Shown here one piece after another: positions 19,512 through 29,792 of a stretch of 64,000 nt of DNA; position 1 is the first letter of the stretch; each line of letters starts with the position of its first letter. Location: assembly GCA_042408215.1 (NCBI GenBank), contig JAYFMW010000020.1:128001-192000 (forward strand), written 5' to 3'. The notes below the pieces were generated by a model. The model was not told the origin of the DNA and did no database searches. It saw nothing but the letters and a program-made list of their open reading frames with translations. Both the position numbers and the translations under genes were made by a program. This stretch comes from Microcoleus sp. GTDB taxonomy: Bacteria; Cyanobacteriota; Cyanobacteriia; Cyanobacteriales; Microcoleaceae.

Positions 19512-22500
19512 TCACCCAACAGCCACCTTAACCCCACCCCCAACAAACTGCTCGTAATCCGTCAACAACCACTCCGGCAAACAAGTATTAGCATCCTCCA
19601 CCCGCAACTGTCCAGCGCGACAAAACAGCATCGCAGCTAACAAATAATTCACAGCTTTCGGCCTTCCAAACCCTAGACTTAACTCAGCAACTAACGAATT
19701 AAAAACAGCACGTTCCGTTTCATTCAACGGCTCGTTAATAAACCCACTAGCGAGCATTGCTTTGTAACCTTTACCGAAATCGCTCCGGTACAAAACTTCT
19801 AGTTGTTCCTCGGAAACACTCACCCACAAATCAGAAATTTGCTGGCGAATTTGCCGCAAATCTGCTATCACCAATTCCGCCGTCGGGTCGATCTTATAAA
19901 GATTGATACCAGCAGTTAATTGATTGATAAATTGCGGCAGATAATCTTGTTTAACCAAGGTTTGTTCTGTTTGAGCCAATGCACTTTCAAACACCTTTTC
20001 GTAATCGTCAATCAACCACTTTGGCAAACGAGTGTTAGCATCGGGAACCCGCATTTTACCAGGCACAAAATACAACATCGCACCCAACAAAGAATTGATA
20101 GCTTGCGGATGCACTAAGCCTTTGCTAATTTCAGTCAACTGCTCCAAAAACTTCTGTTCGGCGTCAGTCATTGATTCTGCTTGCAAGCCAGATTTAAGTA
20201 TTGCTTGATATCCTTTGCGAACTTCGCCTTGATAAAAAGTTTCCAGTTTTTCTGGCGGAACAGTTAGCCAAAAATCCGCCAGTTGTTTTCTGATTTGGCG
20301 GAGTTCCAAAACAACTGATGCGTCAGATGAATCAATGCGATAGAGATTAACGCATCCTAATAATTGATTGACAAACTGCGGGGATTGAATGTATTGAGCT
20401 AGCAAGTCAGAACTCGATTGGTAATTGACAGCATTCTCTGGCTCAAAAACTTGTTCGTAATCGCCGATTAACCATTGCGGCAAACGGTTGCGAGCATCGG
20501 GAATTCGCATGGTTTCCGGTGGGAAATATAGCATCGCTGCGAGCAGGGCATTGAGAGCTTTGGGATGTACTAATCCTTTGCTAATCTGGGTTAATTGCTG
20601 CAAAAATCTTTGTTCGTCTTCCATCATTGGTTGATGTTGAAAGCCGGAAGCTAGCAGAATTTGGTAGCTTTTTCCTGAATCGCCTTTGTAGGCATTTTCT
20701 AGATTCTCAACGGAAACGTTTAGCCAGAAATCGGCTATTTGTTTGCGGATTTGACGTAATTGTGAGATGGCTGATATATTGGAGGAATTGGTTTGGTAGA
20801 GTTTGACGGTATTCAATAGGCGATCGCCCAAAGTGGCCGGTTTGGGAATGCTATCCTGTAGGATGCGGGATGTTGCTTGGTGGCTGGTTTGCCATTTGTG
20901 AAAGAGTTGTTGAAATAATTTTGCGATCGCCCCTGAATATGCAACACTATCAAAACAAGCGGGATTGGCTTGCATTTTCTGCTGAATTTCCTGGCGATAG
21001 CGCTGCCGCAATTCAGGATTAGTAGCGAGAGTAACGGCTAGCTGAATATAAGATGCTTCGCTATGGGTAATTAAATCTGGCATTTGTAATTCCCGCAGCA
21101 TCGCCGAACCTTGCCGAAACCGCAAAGCATTTCCTTCCACAACCACCGTCGGTAATCCTACTTGCAAAGGATCGATTAACGATGTCGCCCCAGCGTAAGG
21201 ATAGGAATCGAGATAAACATCTGCTAGCTGCAAAAATTCTTTCACATCTGCGCGACTAGGCAGTTGTTTTACGAACCGCAAACGGTTGTTATTCACGCCG
21301 TATTTAGCGCATACAGCATTCAGATTGTTGACAAAAGGTGTGATTGGATAACTGCGAGTCCAAGCGGGGCCAAAGGGATATAAAATCAAGATTGAATTAG
21401 GTACTGACGCTAAAATCTTTACCCAAGTTTCTCTCAATTCCGGTAGAATTTTATAGAAGTTTGCGCCGGAGATAAAAACTGTTGTTTTGTCGTCTATTCC
21501 CAGACTTTTGCGGGTAGGTTTAACTGTAGCAACTTCCGATTCCGTTGCATATTTGAAACAAAAACCACTGCCTTCAAGAGTAGCTAATTGTTCCCGATAT
21601 TGTTCTTGATATGTAGCATCAGGAACCGTAAAGTTTCCCGCAATGTAGTAATCCATGTGCCTGATTCCCGTGGTAGTCGGGGAACAGAAAGATGTCGTTT
21701 GTACCCGCGCCAAACGGTGCATTGCTAGTGAAACCAACGGTTTGTTAACAGCAGTTAAATTAGTACCAAAAAACAGGATATCTAAGTCATCGGCGCGAAT
21801 TGTTTGGACTTGAGTTGCAAAGTCTGTGGGGAGTGTCACTAGCTTATCGGCGCGACTTTGGCAATACTGTTCTAATTGGTGTCCGTTGGTGTTGAGCGCA
21901 TAGAGAATAATCTCGAATTGGTTGCGGTTTAAATGCTCGAAAACCGGGATGGTGGCGAAGGTTTCGGTTTGGGGTGTGAAATGGTCGTTGATGATGCCGA
22001 GGCGGATTTTTGTCCGATTTGGCGATCGCCCTGGGAAGATACAATCAATGGAACTACCGCGACTTTTGAGTGCAAACTCGATAATATCTGCCCGTTTGGT
22101 GTAAAGATCGCGCAGGTTTGCAGTTGTGAAGTACAGCGGGATAAAGTTAGCAACTTGGGAGAAAAAGAAAGCAATGTTTTGCCAAAGTTGGGCATCGGGA
22201 TTTTTGAAGATATTACTATGAATGTAATTCACCCATCCTTGGATATATTGATAGTAATTGTCTGCTTCTCCGATGTTTTGAAATAAGTTCGGAGAGGCAA
22301 ACATAAATTTGAGATAGTCGTTGGCAAACCAGTTGGGAATTTGAGCGCGATCGTACTTAAGTGGCAATTGATCGGCGCGTCGGTACAACATGGCTGCTAG
22401 CAGGTAATTGATGGCTTTGGGGTCATTAAATCCTTTGGCAATATATGCTGTTAGTTCATTGACAAAAGTCTCTTCTGTATCCGTTAGCGGTTCATATTTA

Positions 22501-22622
22501 ATTTCGCTATTTAGCAATAATTGGTGAAGTTTTCCTGTATCACCTGCATAGGCTGATCGCAAGTTGTGCAGGGGGCAAATTGAGCCAGGTATCGGCAATT
22601 TGTTTGCGAGCTTGGCGGACAT
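19512..22622 (-). CDS. C-terminal part of giant glycosyltransferase: GT41 (O-GlcNAc transferase/HMW1C-like) domain plus helical repeats; joined to upstream ORF by a frameshift near 22562
   Basis: KIRLGIINDHF, IRADDLDILFF, RLARVQ...TTGIRHMDYYI, DVYLDSYPYAGATSLIDPLQVGLPTV. Confidence 0.85.
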   Translation of the reverse strand: MSAKLANKLPIPGSICPLHNLRSAYAGDTGKLHQLLLNSEIKYEPLTDTEETFVNELTAYIAKGFNDPKAINYLLAAMLYRRADQLPLKYDRAQIPNWFANDYLKFMFASPNLFQNIGEADNYYQYIQGWVNYIHSNIFKNPDAQLWQNIAFFFSQVANFIPLYFTTANLRDLYTKRADIIEFALKSRGSSIDCIFPGRSPNRTKIRLGIINDHFTPQTETFATIPVFEHLNRNQFEIILYALNTNGHQLEQYCQSRADKLVTLPTDFATQVQTIRADDLDILFFGTNLTAVNKPLVSLAMHRLARVQTTSFCSPTTTGIRHMDYYIAGNFTVPDATYQEQYREQLATLEGSGFCFKYATESEVATVKPTRKSLGIDDKTTVFISGANFYKILPELRETWVKILASVPNSILILYPFGPAWTRSYPITPFVNNLNAVCAKYGVNNNRLRFVKQLPSRADVKEFLQLADVYLDSYPYAGATSLIDPLQVGLPTVVVEGNALRFRQGSAMLRELQMPDLITHSEASYIQLAVTLATNPELRQRYRQEIQQKMQANPACFDSVAYSGAIAKLFQQLFHKWQTSHQATSRILQDSIPKPATLGDRLLNTVKLYQTNSSNISAISQLRQIRKQIADFWLNVSVENLENAYKGDSGKSYQILLASGFQHQPMMEDEQRFLQQLTQISKGLVHPKALNALLAAMLYFPPETMRIPDARNRLPQWLIGDYEQVFEPENAVNYQSSSDLLAQYIQSPQFVNQLLGCVNLYRIDSSDASVVLELRQIRKQLADFWLTVPPEKLETFYQGEVRKGYQAILKSGLQAESMTDAEQKFLEQLTEISKGLVHPQAINSLLGAMLYFVPGKMRVPDANTRLPKWLIDDYEKVFESALAQTEQTLVKQDYLPQFINQLTAGINLYKIDPTAELVIADLRQIRQQISDLWVSVSEEQLEVLYRSDFGKGYKAMLASGFINEPLNETERAVFNSLVAELSLGFGRPKAVNYLLAAMLFCRAGQLRVEDANTCLPEWLLTDYEQFVGGGVKVAVG

Positions 22623-25600
22623 TTCCTAGTGCAGATAAATCAGCAGAATTTTTATGATATTGCTCAATAATGCTTAACAAAGAAGCTTGACTCTGAGTCG
22701 AAATAGCAGGTAATTGCTGTTTGCTACCACAGGCTTGTATCAAAGCATCACTAACTATTTTTGCCATTTTTGACCAAGAGAAGTTTTTAGCTTGTTCCAA
22801 ACCAGCAGAAATTAATGATTGGCGAATCTCAGGCTTTTGAACTTCAATTAGTGCCTGTTTCAATCCTTCAACATCTTCTGAGTTCACATACAAAGCTGCT
22901 TGACCAGCCACTTCAGGAATTGAACTATTTTTACAGGCAATCACTGGACATCCGCAGGCGATCGCTTCCAGTATTGGCAATCCAAAACCTTCATATTTTG
23001 ATGTTTGAACTAATGCTACAGCACCGGAATAAGCGCTTTTTAACTCGTTGTCGTTTAATTTTAGTAGGTGAAAGTTGATGTCAGAAGTGTATGCTTTTAA
23101 CTCTGTTTCTAATACGGAGTTACCGCCTACGCATACCATTTCAAAGTCATGTTTACTGTCTAATTGAGCAAAGGCTTTGAAAAACAATATAGCATTTTTA
23201 TAACCGTTAAATCCGATGCGATCGCCCACCCACAAAAAGTATGGTTTTGAGATGCCGTATTTCATCTTAAATTGATTAACTTCGACAAAGGTTAAGGGCG
23301 AAAATCCTTTGTCAATGCCACAATGGGCTACTGTTACCGACTCACGATAAATTTCAGGAAAGCATTTTACTAAATCGCGGGCAGTATTTTCAGAAATCGC
23401 TATGTATGCAGAAGCGTGACGAATACCATGATATTTTTCTGTCCACATTGGGTTAGCTAGATTAGCTCCCATGACTTCTGGAATCATGTCATAAGCCATG
23501 AATACAGATGGTGTCGAGCGCGGTGTGGTATAGTAAGTGGAAATAAACAAATCCGCTTGTTCTTCATCGCAGATTTGCTGCAACATTTCGCGATCGCCTT
23601 CCGTATTACTATAGTCATAGGCTGGGACTTGCCGATAATTGATCCCGGCAATTTTGGGAAAAGTTCCATTGCGATCGAGTACGAGGATGTGCTGGCTGAA
23701 ACTCTGAGTTGCCCATTCTGTAATTAATGATTGCCAGACACGGGTAATTCCAGACTTGTGAATCTGAAACATTACGCCGTCAATGATAATTTTTATCGCA
23801 GGTTTCGCTTCTGTATTACTCGGTTTTTGTGCAGTTTCATTAGACAAGAATACAGCCGGAAGTAAGTTAATTACTTTGGCAGAGGTGCTGCATTTCAATC
23901 CTTCTTTAATTTGGGCGATCGCTGAATTTCCCTCTCCTTTAGCAATCATGGAATGCGCCATTTTCAAAGCTTCTATCGCATAATGTTCTCTCGCCTGATT
24001 TGATAATTCCTCAGCACTCTCTTTTGGTAAATAGGATTGGGAAATTTCGATCGCCTTTCTAGCCTCTGCAATATTTTCACCCGCTTGAAATAAGCGAGAT
24101 GTCCATGATGAAGAGTTCATCCGCGTACAAGCAAAAGTTTGAGGCTCATACCACATCGGATAATACACTGAAATTCGTTTCCACATTTCCCAATCAGCCG
24201 CAGCACCAGCCTGGGGGCAAAATCCACCCAACTCCTCATAAACGCTACGCTTAACTACCATAGAAGCCGCCGCAATCCAAGAATACACAGCCAGTTTTTT
24301 GATCCAGTCAGTTAAAATCCCAGGAGTTTCCCTTTCCAAAGGTGATAACCATAAAGGCGCATTTTCTTCATTAACATGGAGACAGCGACAGAAAGCAGCA
24401 CCAATTGTTAATTGTTTTTCTATTGATTCCCGAAGGCTGCGATAAAATCCAGGCTTGACAAAATCATCATCGTGCAGAATGTGCACCCATTGACCGCGTG
24501 CTTGCTGAATGCAAATATTAAAAATGGCAGTTTGACCAACATTAGTTTCAGAATGCCGATAAAACTTTATGCGATCGCCAGCCACTTTTTTGATAATTGC
24601 TGCTATCTCAGCTTGAACTGACTGACTCGGATGATCGTTGACAACTTCAATCTGCATTTCATCGGGAAATGGAGCTTGTTCAATAACACTCCTGAGCGTT
24701 TGTTCTAGATATTTTTCCTTCAGATTATAGGTCGGTATCATCACCGACCAAAAAGGTCTTTTATTGCTTGACGAGACAGGCGAAATTGTCGGAAATTCAA
24801 ATTCAGAAGATGTTTTCATGGTCAAGTTTTGATGTGATAAAGCCAATTGGCGCGAATCCGAGCCTGAAATCAACTGTTGTAATAACTGAGTATAATTTTC
24901 ATCAGTAATTAACATAATATTTTGAGGCTGGTCTGTTTTGGTCAACAACTCAGTTTTGACAAAGGTTTTGAGCTGTTCGTGCCAGCCGTATCGCTCGGCG
25001 GTATATAATAGCGATCGCGCAGCTTTCAGATACTCACCTTTTTGCAAGAGAGCCTGACGAATCAAGGTAAAATAGAAGTCAAAATGAAGCGGCATTTTTT
25101 GGTTAAATCGGCTTCGCGCTGCGGAAAATCCTTGAATCAGAGCAGTATAAGCACATTCTACTACCTGTTCTATTGGGCAAGCCGTCATTTCTAAAACTTG
25201 CTCCGATGACTGTTGCGAATATTCCAAATCGTGGGCGATCGAAGCATATACTGATGTAGATGCTAGCAACAACTGAATCATCGGTAACGGTTTAGCCCAA
25301 TCTGTTAATGCTATTTGCGTTACGCCACTCGAACAGCCAATTAAAAGAGAGCAATACTTAGTTAACTCCGCATTTTCGCGTAGCGTCAATACACTACCAT
25401 CAATAATACGTGTATCTCCTGTGGTAATTTTAATGTGAGATGACAGAATAATAGTGCAATCGGGTAAGCGAGACAGTAGCCCTTGAGCAACAGACAAAGC
25501 GTATTCTGGCTTCACAAAAGACTGACTGCTACTACTCGTATACTCAAATAAAATTACATGACTGCGTTTCAGCAAATTGTGCTGTTCAGCAAAATTGCGA

Positions 25601-26325
25601 ACTCTTTCAATCTCATCACTTCGGAGACGCAGAATATTCTGAATCGGAACCGTAATCGGCTTTGGATATCCTCTAAAAAGAGAGCCTTTAGTGGTTCCAT
25701 CATAATTTTGATAGTTGTTCGGGCTTACCTGCGTCAAAAATACTTCATCAAATTCACCGCGACTGAGACGCGCCTGCACCTCTTTTTCCAGCCCATACCA
25801 AGCAGCCACAATTTCCTGCCAATTCCTAGCAGCAACTTCCCAAATTTCATCAACAAATGGATTACCTTCAATCATACTTCGACACATTGATGAAATTGCC
25901 CAAGTCAAATGACAATTCGGATAATCATGCTTAATTTGTCTCGCCAAGGTAGTTGCATGAAGACAATCTCCATTTGAGCCAAGTTGTGCCAACAAAATGC
26001 GCTGACCGGAATTATTTTGTGGGAATTCAGCAGTGAAAAAACCTGACCAAGAACGTTCTGTTTGCCAACGTGGTATCTGAGCTTCCAGAGATTTCGCGCT
26101 GCCCTCCATAACCACAACTTGGTCAATATCAGGATTATTTTGCAGCAACATCTCACCTTCCCCAGTAGTGAACCATGTAATTATGCAGTTTGGTTCGCTA
26201 TTTTTGAGATTTTTTGCTGTGGGCAGATAGGACAATATTTGCTGTGGATTAAAAAATGCAAAACCGTAATGCTTGTGCATCGGTTTATAGGGGTAAGAAG
26301 CTGGCTGAGATAATTGTTTCATCAT
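22540..26325 (-). CDS. N-terminal part of giant glycosyltransferase: GT9-like, GT2 and GT4 domains
   Basis: QRILLAQLGSNGDCLHATTLARQIK (GT9-like); WSVMIPTYN...ARGQWVHILHDDD (GT2); SKYEGFGLPILEAIACGCPVI (GT4). Confidence 0.88.
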   Translation of the reverse strand: MMKQLSQPASYPYKPMHKHYGFAFFNPQQILSYLPTAKNLKNSEPNCIITWFTTGEGEMLLQNNPDIDQVVVMEGSAKSLEAQIPRWQTERSWSGFFTAEFPQNNSGQRILLAQLGSNGDCLHATTLARQIKHDYPNCHLTWAISSMCRSMIEGNPFVDEIWEVAARNWQEIVAAWYGLEKEVQARLSRGEFDEVFLTQVSPNNYQNYDGTTKGSLFRGYPKPITVPIQNILRLRSDEIERVRNFAEQHNLLKRSHVILFEYTSSSSQSFVKPEYALSVAQGLLSRLPDCTIILSSHIKITTGDTRIIDGSVLTLRENAELTKYCSLLIGCSSGVTQIALTDWAKPLPMIQLLLASTSVYASIAHDLEYSQQSSEQVLEMTACPIEQVVECAYTALIQGFSAARSRFNQKMPLHFDFYFTLIRQALLQKGEYLKAARSLLYTAERYGWHEQLKTFVKTELLTKTDQPQNIMLITDENYTQLLQQLISGSDSRQLALSHQNLTMKTSSEFEFPTISPVSSSNKRPFWSVMIPTYNLKEKYLEQTLRSVIEQAPFPDEMQIEVVNDHPSQSVQAEIAAIIKKVAGDRIKFYRHSETNVGQTAIFNICIQQARGQWVHILHDDDFVKPGFYRSLRESIEKQLTIGAAFCRCLHVNEENAPLWLSPLERETPGILTDWIKKLAVYSWIAAASMVVKRSVYEELGGFCPQAGAAADWEMWKRISVYYPMWYEPQTFACTRMNSSSWTSRLFQAGENIAEARKAIEISQSYLPKESAEELSNQAREHYAIEALKMAHSMIAKGEGNSAIAQIKEGLKCSTSAKVINLLPAVFLSNETAQKPSNTEAKPAIKIIIDGVMFQIHKSGITRVWQSLITEWATQSFSQHILVLDRNGTFPKIAGINYRQVPAYDYSNTEGDREMLQQICDEEQADLFISTYYTTPRSTPSVFMAYDMIPEVMGANLANPMWTEKYHGIRHASAYIAISENTARDLVKCFPEIYRESVTVAHCGIDKGFSPLTFVEVNQFKMKYGISKPYFLWVGDRIGFNGYKNAILFFKAFAQLDSKHDFEMVCVGGNSVLETELKAYTSDINFHLLKLNDNELKSAYSGAVALVQTSKYEGFGLPILEAIACGCPVIACKNSSIPEVAGQAALYVNSEDVEGLKQALIEVQKPEIRQSLISAGLEQAKNFSWSKMAKIVSDALIQACGSKQQLPAISTQSQASLLSIIEQYHKNSADLSALGNVRQARKQIADTWLNLPPAQLAISLCR

Positions 26326-26352
26326 GGAAATCTCTAAATTTAGACGGTAATT

Positions 26353-27225
26353 TTATAGGGTTTCTAGCATCATAGTTGCGAGTTGGCGCAGGTCAATCTT
26401 GGGATGCCAATCTAGGCTGTGCATTAGCGCCGGATTGGATACTAATCGCTGATATTCAGGCTGAAAATTTTTAGCCTCCTCTAAGTAGCGTGTCCAATCC
26501 AAGCCAAGGTGTGAAAAGCAGACTTCTATCCAATCTTTTATAGAATGAGTTTTGCCGGCACCGATTACAGCTTCAAAAACATTTTCCTGTTCTACTAGCG
26601 TCATGATTCCCTGTGCTACATCCCCTGCAAATGTCCATTCTTTCTCTACATTAACATCGCCAATTTGGAGTTTTTCTTCCGATCCCTGAGCAATGCGTTT
26701 AGCCGCGAGTACAATTTTCTGGCTAACATGATTTGGCTTTCTGAGAGGACTTTCATGATGGAATAAATATCCAACATAGGCTTTGATACCGAGAATTCTG
26801 TAATATCGAGCAGCATAAACTGATTGGATTCGAGCAACGGCATAAGCACTACTTGCTTCAAAAGCAGTATCCTCAGAAATGGGATTACCATCATTATAGA
26901 ATTGAACGCCGCTACCTGTAATAAAAACTTTAGAATTGGGGCTATGCTTGTAAACCGATTCTAAAATATTTAGTGTACCTGTCGAAATTGCTGCATGATT
27001 TTCAAACAGCGCATCGTGTCGCGTTGTTGATGTAGCTGCTAAGTGAAATATGTAGGTTGGTTTGTATTCTTTTACGAACCCCTCAACCTGTTTGTAATCA
27101 GACACATCGCCACGAATCCCATCTCCCGATCGCGATACAGCTACAGGTTTAATTCCTTTAGCTTTGCACAACTGATGGAGATAGTATCCATCTTGTCCGT
27201 TAGCACCAAAAATAAGAGCGTTCAC
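26353..27225 (-). CDS. GDP-mannose 4,6-dehydratase-like NAD(P)-dependent epimerase/dehydratase
   Basis: ALIFGANGQDGYYL, IFHLAA, SAYAVARI, LFHHESPLR, EKEWTFAGD. Confidence 0.82.
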   Translation of the reverse strand: MNALIFGANGQDGYYLHQLCKAKGIKPVAVSRSGDGIRGDVSDYKQVEGFVKEYKPTYIFHLAATSTTRHDALFENHAAISTGTLNILESVYKHSPNSKVFITGSGVQFYNDGNPISEDTAFEASSAYAVARIQSVYAARYYRILGIKAYVGYLFHHESPLRKPNHVSQKIVLAAKRIAQGSEEKLQIGDVNVEKEWTFAGDVAQGIMTLVEQENVFEAVIGAGKTHSIKDWIEVCFSHLGLDWTRYLEEAKNFQPEYQRLVSNPALMHSLDWHPKIDLRQLATMMLETL

Positions 27226-29756
27226 AGTTTATTTTTCTGAAAAACAAAGGTGGCAAATGTATAACGACATCCTTCATAGATAAAATCGGGGTTCGGACAA
27301 TCCCACTGCGGAACATCAGGGAGAACACAATTTTTCAATAAAGGAAGCAGTCGTTGTTTGAAGTCTTTTTGAGTGTAAAGACGAAAGTCTACGCCGGGAA
27401 TGCGATCGCCCGGTTTATACTGGTCATTATAATCGCACGTTAAAATAGCAACACCTCCCGGTGCAAGAAGTTCAGCAATTTGCATCAAAAACAACTCGTC
27501 ATTTTCAACGTGTTCAATCACAGATGTTGAAAAAATAATATCATAGCTCCCTTTGATAGTAGACGGCTTTTGGAAATACATATTCAGATCGCAGTTGATC
27601 GCCGGATCGATTTCTTCCAGGTGGTAGCCGATTTGTTTCAACGCAGCAGCAGCACTATCTTCATAACTGCCAACGCATAAAATTTTAGGGGTGACGAATT
27701 GGGAGGCAAATTTTTGCACTGTATCCAATATAAAGGCTTGCTGAATATTCGCTGCTGGTATTTTACGCACCATCATCTCAGGAACTAGTGCAAATAACCG
27801 ATCGATGATAGGTTGGTACTGCGATCGCGCCGCATCGTCCAAGATCCGATTGAATGATGTTACATTAGGAATCCCAACATCTAAATACCTCTGGCTGTGC
27901 GACTTCTGTGGATTTTCTAATACTTGAGCAAGTATACGCTCATAATCCCAAATGAAATTAGCTTCGCTCCATTCATTGTAAAATGGCACCAGCGGTGCAA
28001 TACCGTTATCAACAATTTGTTTCAAGCTGGAATCTTCTATACAAATTGAAGGCTGTGCTGAAACAATATGTCTGAACATATTGCTTTTTGTAATGGCGAT
28101 CGGTCTTTTTACAGCCAGGGCATGATCGATGGTGCTAGAGATACCACGATTATCATATCTTTCATAAAAAAATGCGTTGAGCGTATTTTGTGCCAGAAAA
28201 TCCAGTAATTGCTCTTGAGTGAGAAAATCGTGACTTAAACTCAGTTTTATACCAGGCTTGACGATCGCCTGCTGACATCTTTTTGCTATGGCTACTGCTT
28301 GACTTCCATCAGCATCCGCAAAAGTTGCAAAGGGAATATGCAGCCTAATCAATGCCTCATCATACTCTTGCTGTACAGTAGCAATGACCTTCTCAAATCC
28401 TTTTCCTTCCAGTCCAAATCCAAAACTACCAATAGTTACGATCTCTGGTAATTTGTGATTATTCCTGTAGGGCAATACAATTCTTCCCGTTTTAAATACA
28501 ATTGGATTCTTCAGTTCTAAAGTCGGATCTGGAGCTATATGGTATTGAAAAAGTGAATCATTTGATACATCGGCGATGCGCTGAGTAACTTCATGAATAA
28601 TGCCTATATGTGGCACATTGATAGATTGAAGAATAGTGGGATTGACCCAACTTAAAGTCAAGGGATGATAGTTGTAAATAATTGCTACTGGCTTGAGCTT
28701 TTTCACGCTCTCCAACAACTCTTCGGAACTGGAACATTCGGCATATACGAAACAGTATTTAGTTGATTTTTCCAGGGTTTTTGCTATGTTTAAACCATAC
28801 TGCTGCACGCCGCATTGTTTTTCTTTGTGGGAGACAATCAAAATTTTATCCTGCAAGTTATCGTTCTCTTTACTTGCTGATGGTGTCTGAAATTTTGATT
28901 CCCTAGTAACCCAAATATTTGCTGTTTTAGCTTCTCCTGTAGATAAGCTAATCTCTTCAACTATCTTGCCCAGCCATTGTTGGAGTTCGGCATAATTCTT
29001 GGCATAAATCACCGGATTTTCCAAGTTGTCCCAAAGTTTCTCTGCTAAGTCCCAGCCCACAATGCAACGAGGTTTATATCGATTAATCTCCGTTTGGCAA
29101 GCGGCGTTGATAGCGCTTCCTTTCATCAACAAACCAATACATTTGTCTCCCATTTGCGACAATTGCTTCAGATTCATGCCACTGCAATCTACAAGATTTG
29201 CCGCCTGGGATTTAGGTGGAGCCGAACAGTAAAAATTGAGTTGAGGAAAATCCGCTGCTATTTGTTTGAGGTGTTCGTTTAAATAAAAATAGCTTTGATT
29301 CGAGAAAACTTCCCCGTTTTCTACCAAAATACTGTTGGCTCTAACTTCTATTTCCGGCTCTCTCTGCCCAAAGAAGTTAATCGTGGGGGTGTGAATCGGT
29401 ATCGGCAGGAGATATTTATGATTCAGTCTGTGCTGATACATCTGGCGATTAAAGGTATGAACGTTATTTTGGTACGTCATACCGTAGAGGTTCAAAATGT
29501 CATCAAAAACCCCAAACCACATATTGACAAATATGGCATCATCCGGGCAGTTTGGCGTGGGTTCTGTGCCTTTGTATTCGCAGCCTTGATAGAGCGCGAT
29601 CGCCAAATCTAAATCCTGCCAAAGATAAGCAGAGACTTCATCGCACTCTAGGGTAATTTTTGCCCCCGTAAACTTAATTCTAATCGCCTGAATTACGGCT
29701 CTTGTCAAAATCACATCGCCGCTGTGAAAACTGTTATGAATGAAGAAATGTGTCAT
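27222..29756 (-). CDS. Multidomain glycosyltransferase-like / class I SAM methyltransferase fusion
   Basis: N-term HNSFHSGDVILTR (GT9-like), central KILIVSHKEKQCGVQQY (GT-B-like), C-term YDIIFSTSVIEHV...LLAPGGVAILT. Confidence 0.7.
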   Translation of the reverse strand: MTHFFIHNSFHSGDVILTRAVIQAIRIKFTGAKITLECDEVSAYLWQDLDLAIALYQGCEYKGTEPTPNCPDDAIFVNMWFGVFDDILNLYGMTYQNNVHTFNRQMYQHRLNHKYLLPIPIHTPTINFFGQREPEIEVRANSILVENGEVFSNQSYFYLNEHLKQIAADFPQLNFYCSAPPKSQAANLVDCSGMNLKQLSQMGDKCIGLLMKGSAINAACQTEINRYKPRCIVGWDLAEKLWDNLENPVIYAKNYAELQQWLGKIVEEISLSTGEAKTANIWVTRESKFQTPSASKENDNLQDKILIVSHKEKQCGVQQYGLNIAKTLEKSTKYCFVYAECSSSEELLESVKKLKPVAIIYNYHPLTLSWVNPTILQSINVPHIGIIHEVTQRIADVSNDSLFQYHIAPDPTLELKNPIVFKTGRIVLPYRNNHKLPEIVTIGSFGFGLEGKGFEKVIATVQQEYDEALIRLHIPFATFADADGSQAVAIAKRCQQAIVKPGIKLSLSHDFLTQEQLLDFLAQNTLNAFFYERYDNRGISSTIDHALAVKRPIAITKSNMFRHIVSAQPSICIEDSSLKQIVDNGIAPLVPFYNEWSEANFIWDYERILAQVLENPQKSHSQRYLDVGIPNVTSFNRILDDAARSQYQPIIDRLFALVPEMMVRKIPAANIQQAFILDTVQKFASQFVTPKILCVGSYEDSAAAALKQIGYHLEEIDPAINCDLNMYFQKPSTIKGSYDIIFSTSVIEHVENDELFLMQIAELLAPGGVAILTCDYNDQYKPGDRIPGVDFRLYTQKDFKQRLLPLLKNCVLPDVPQWDCPNPDFIYEGCRYTFATFVFQKNKL

Positions 29757-29792
29757 ATTTTTATCCTGTTGTGGGCTGTATTGAGTCTTGGT

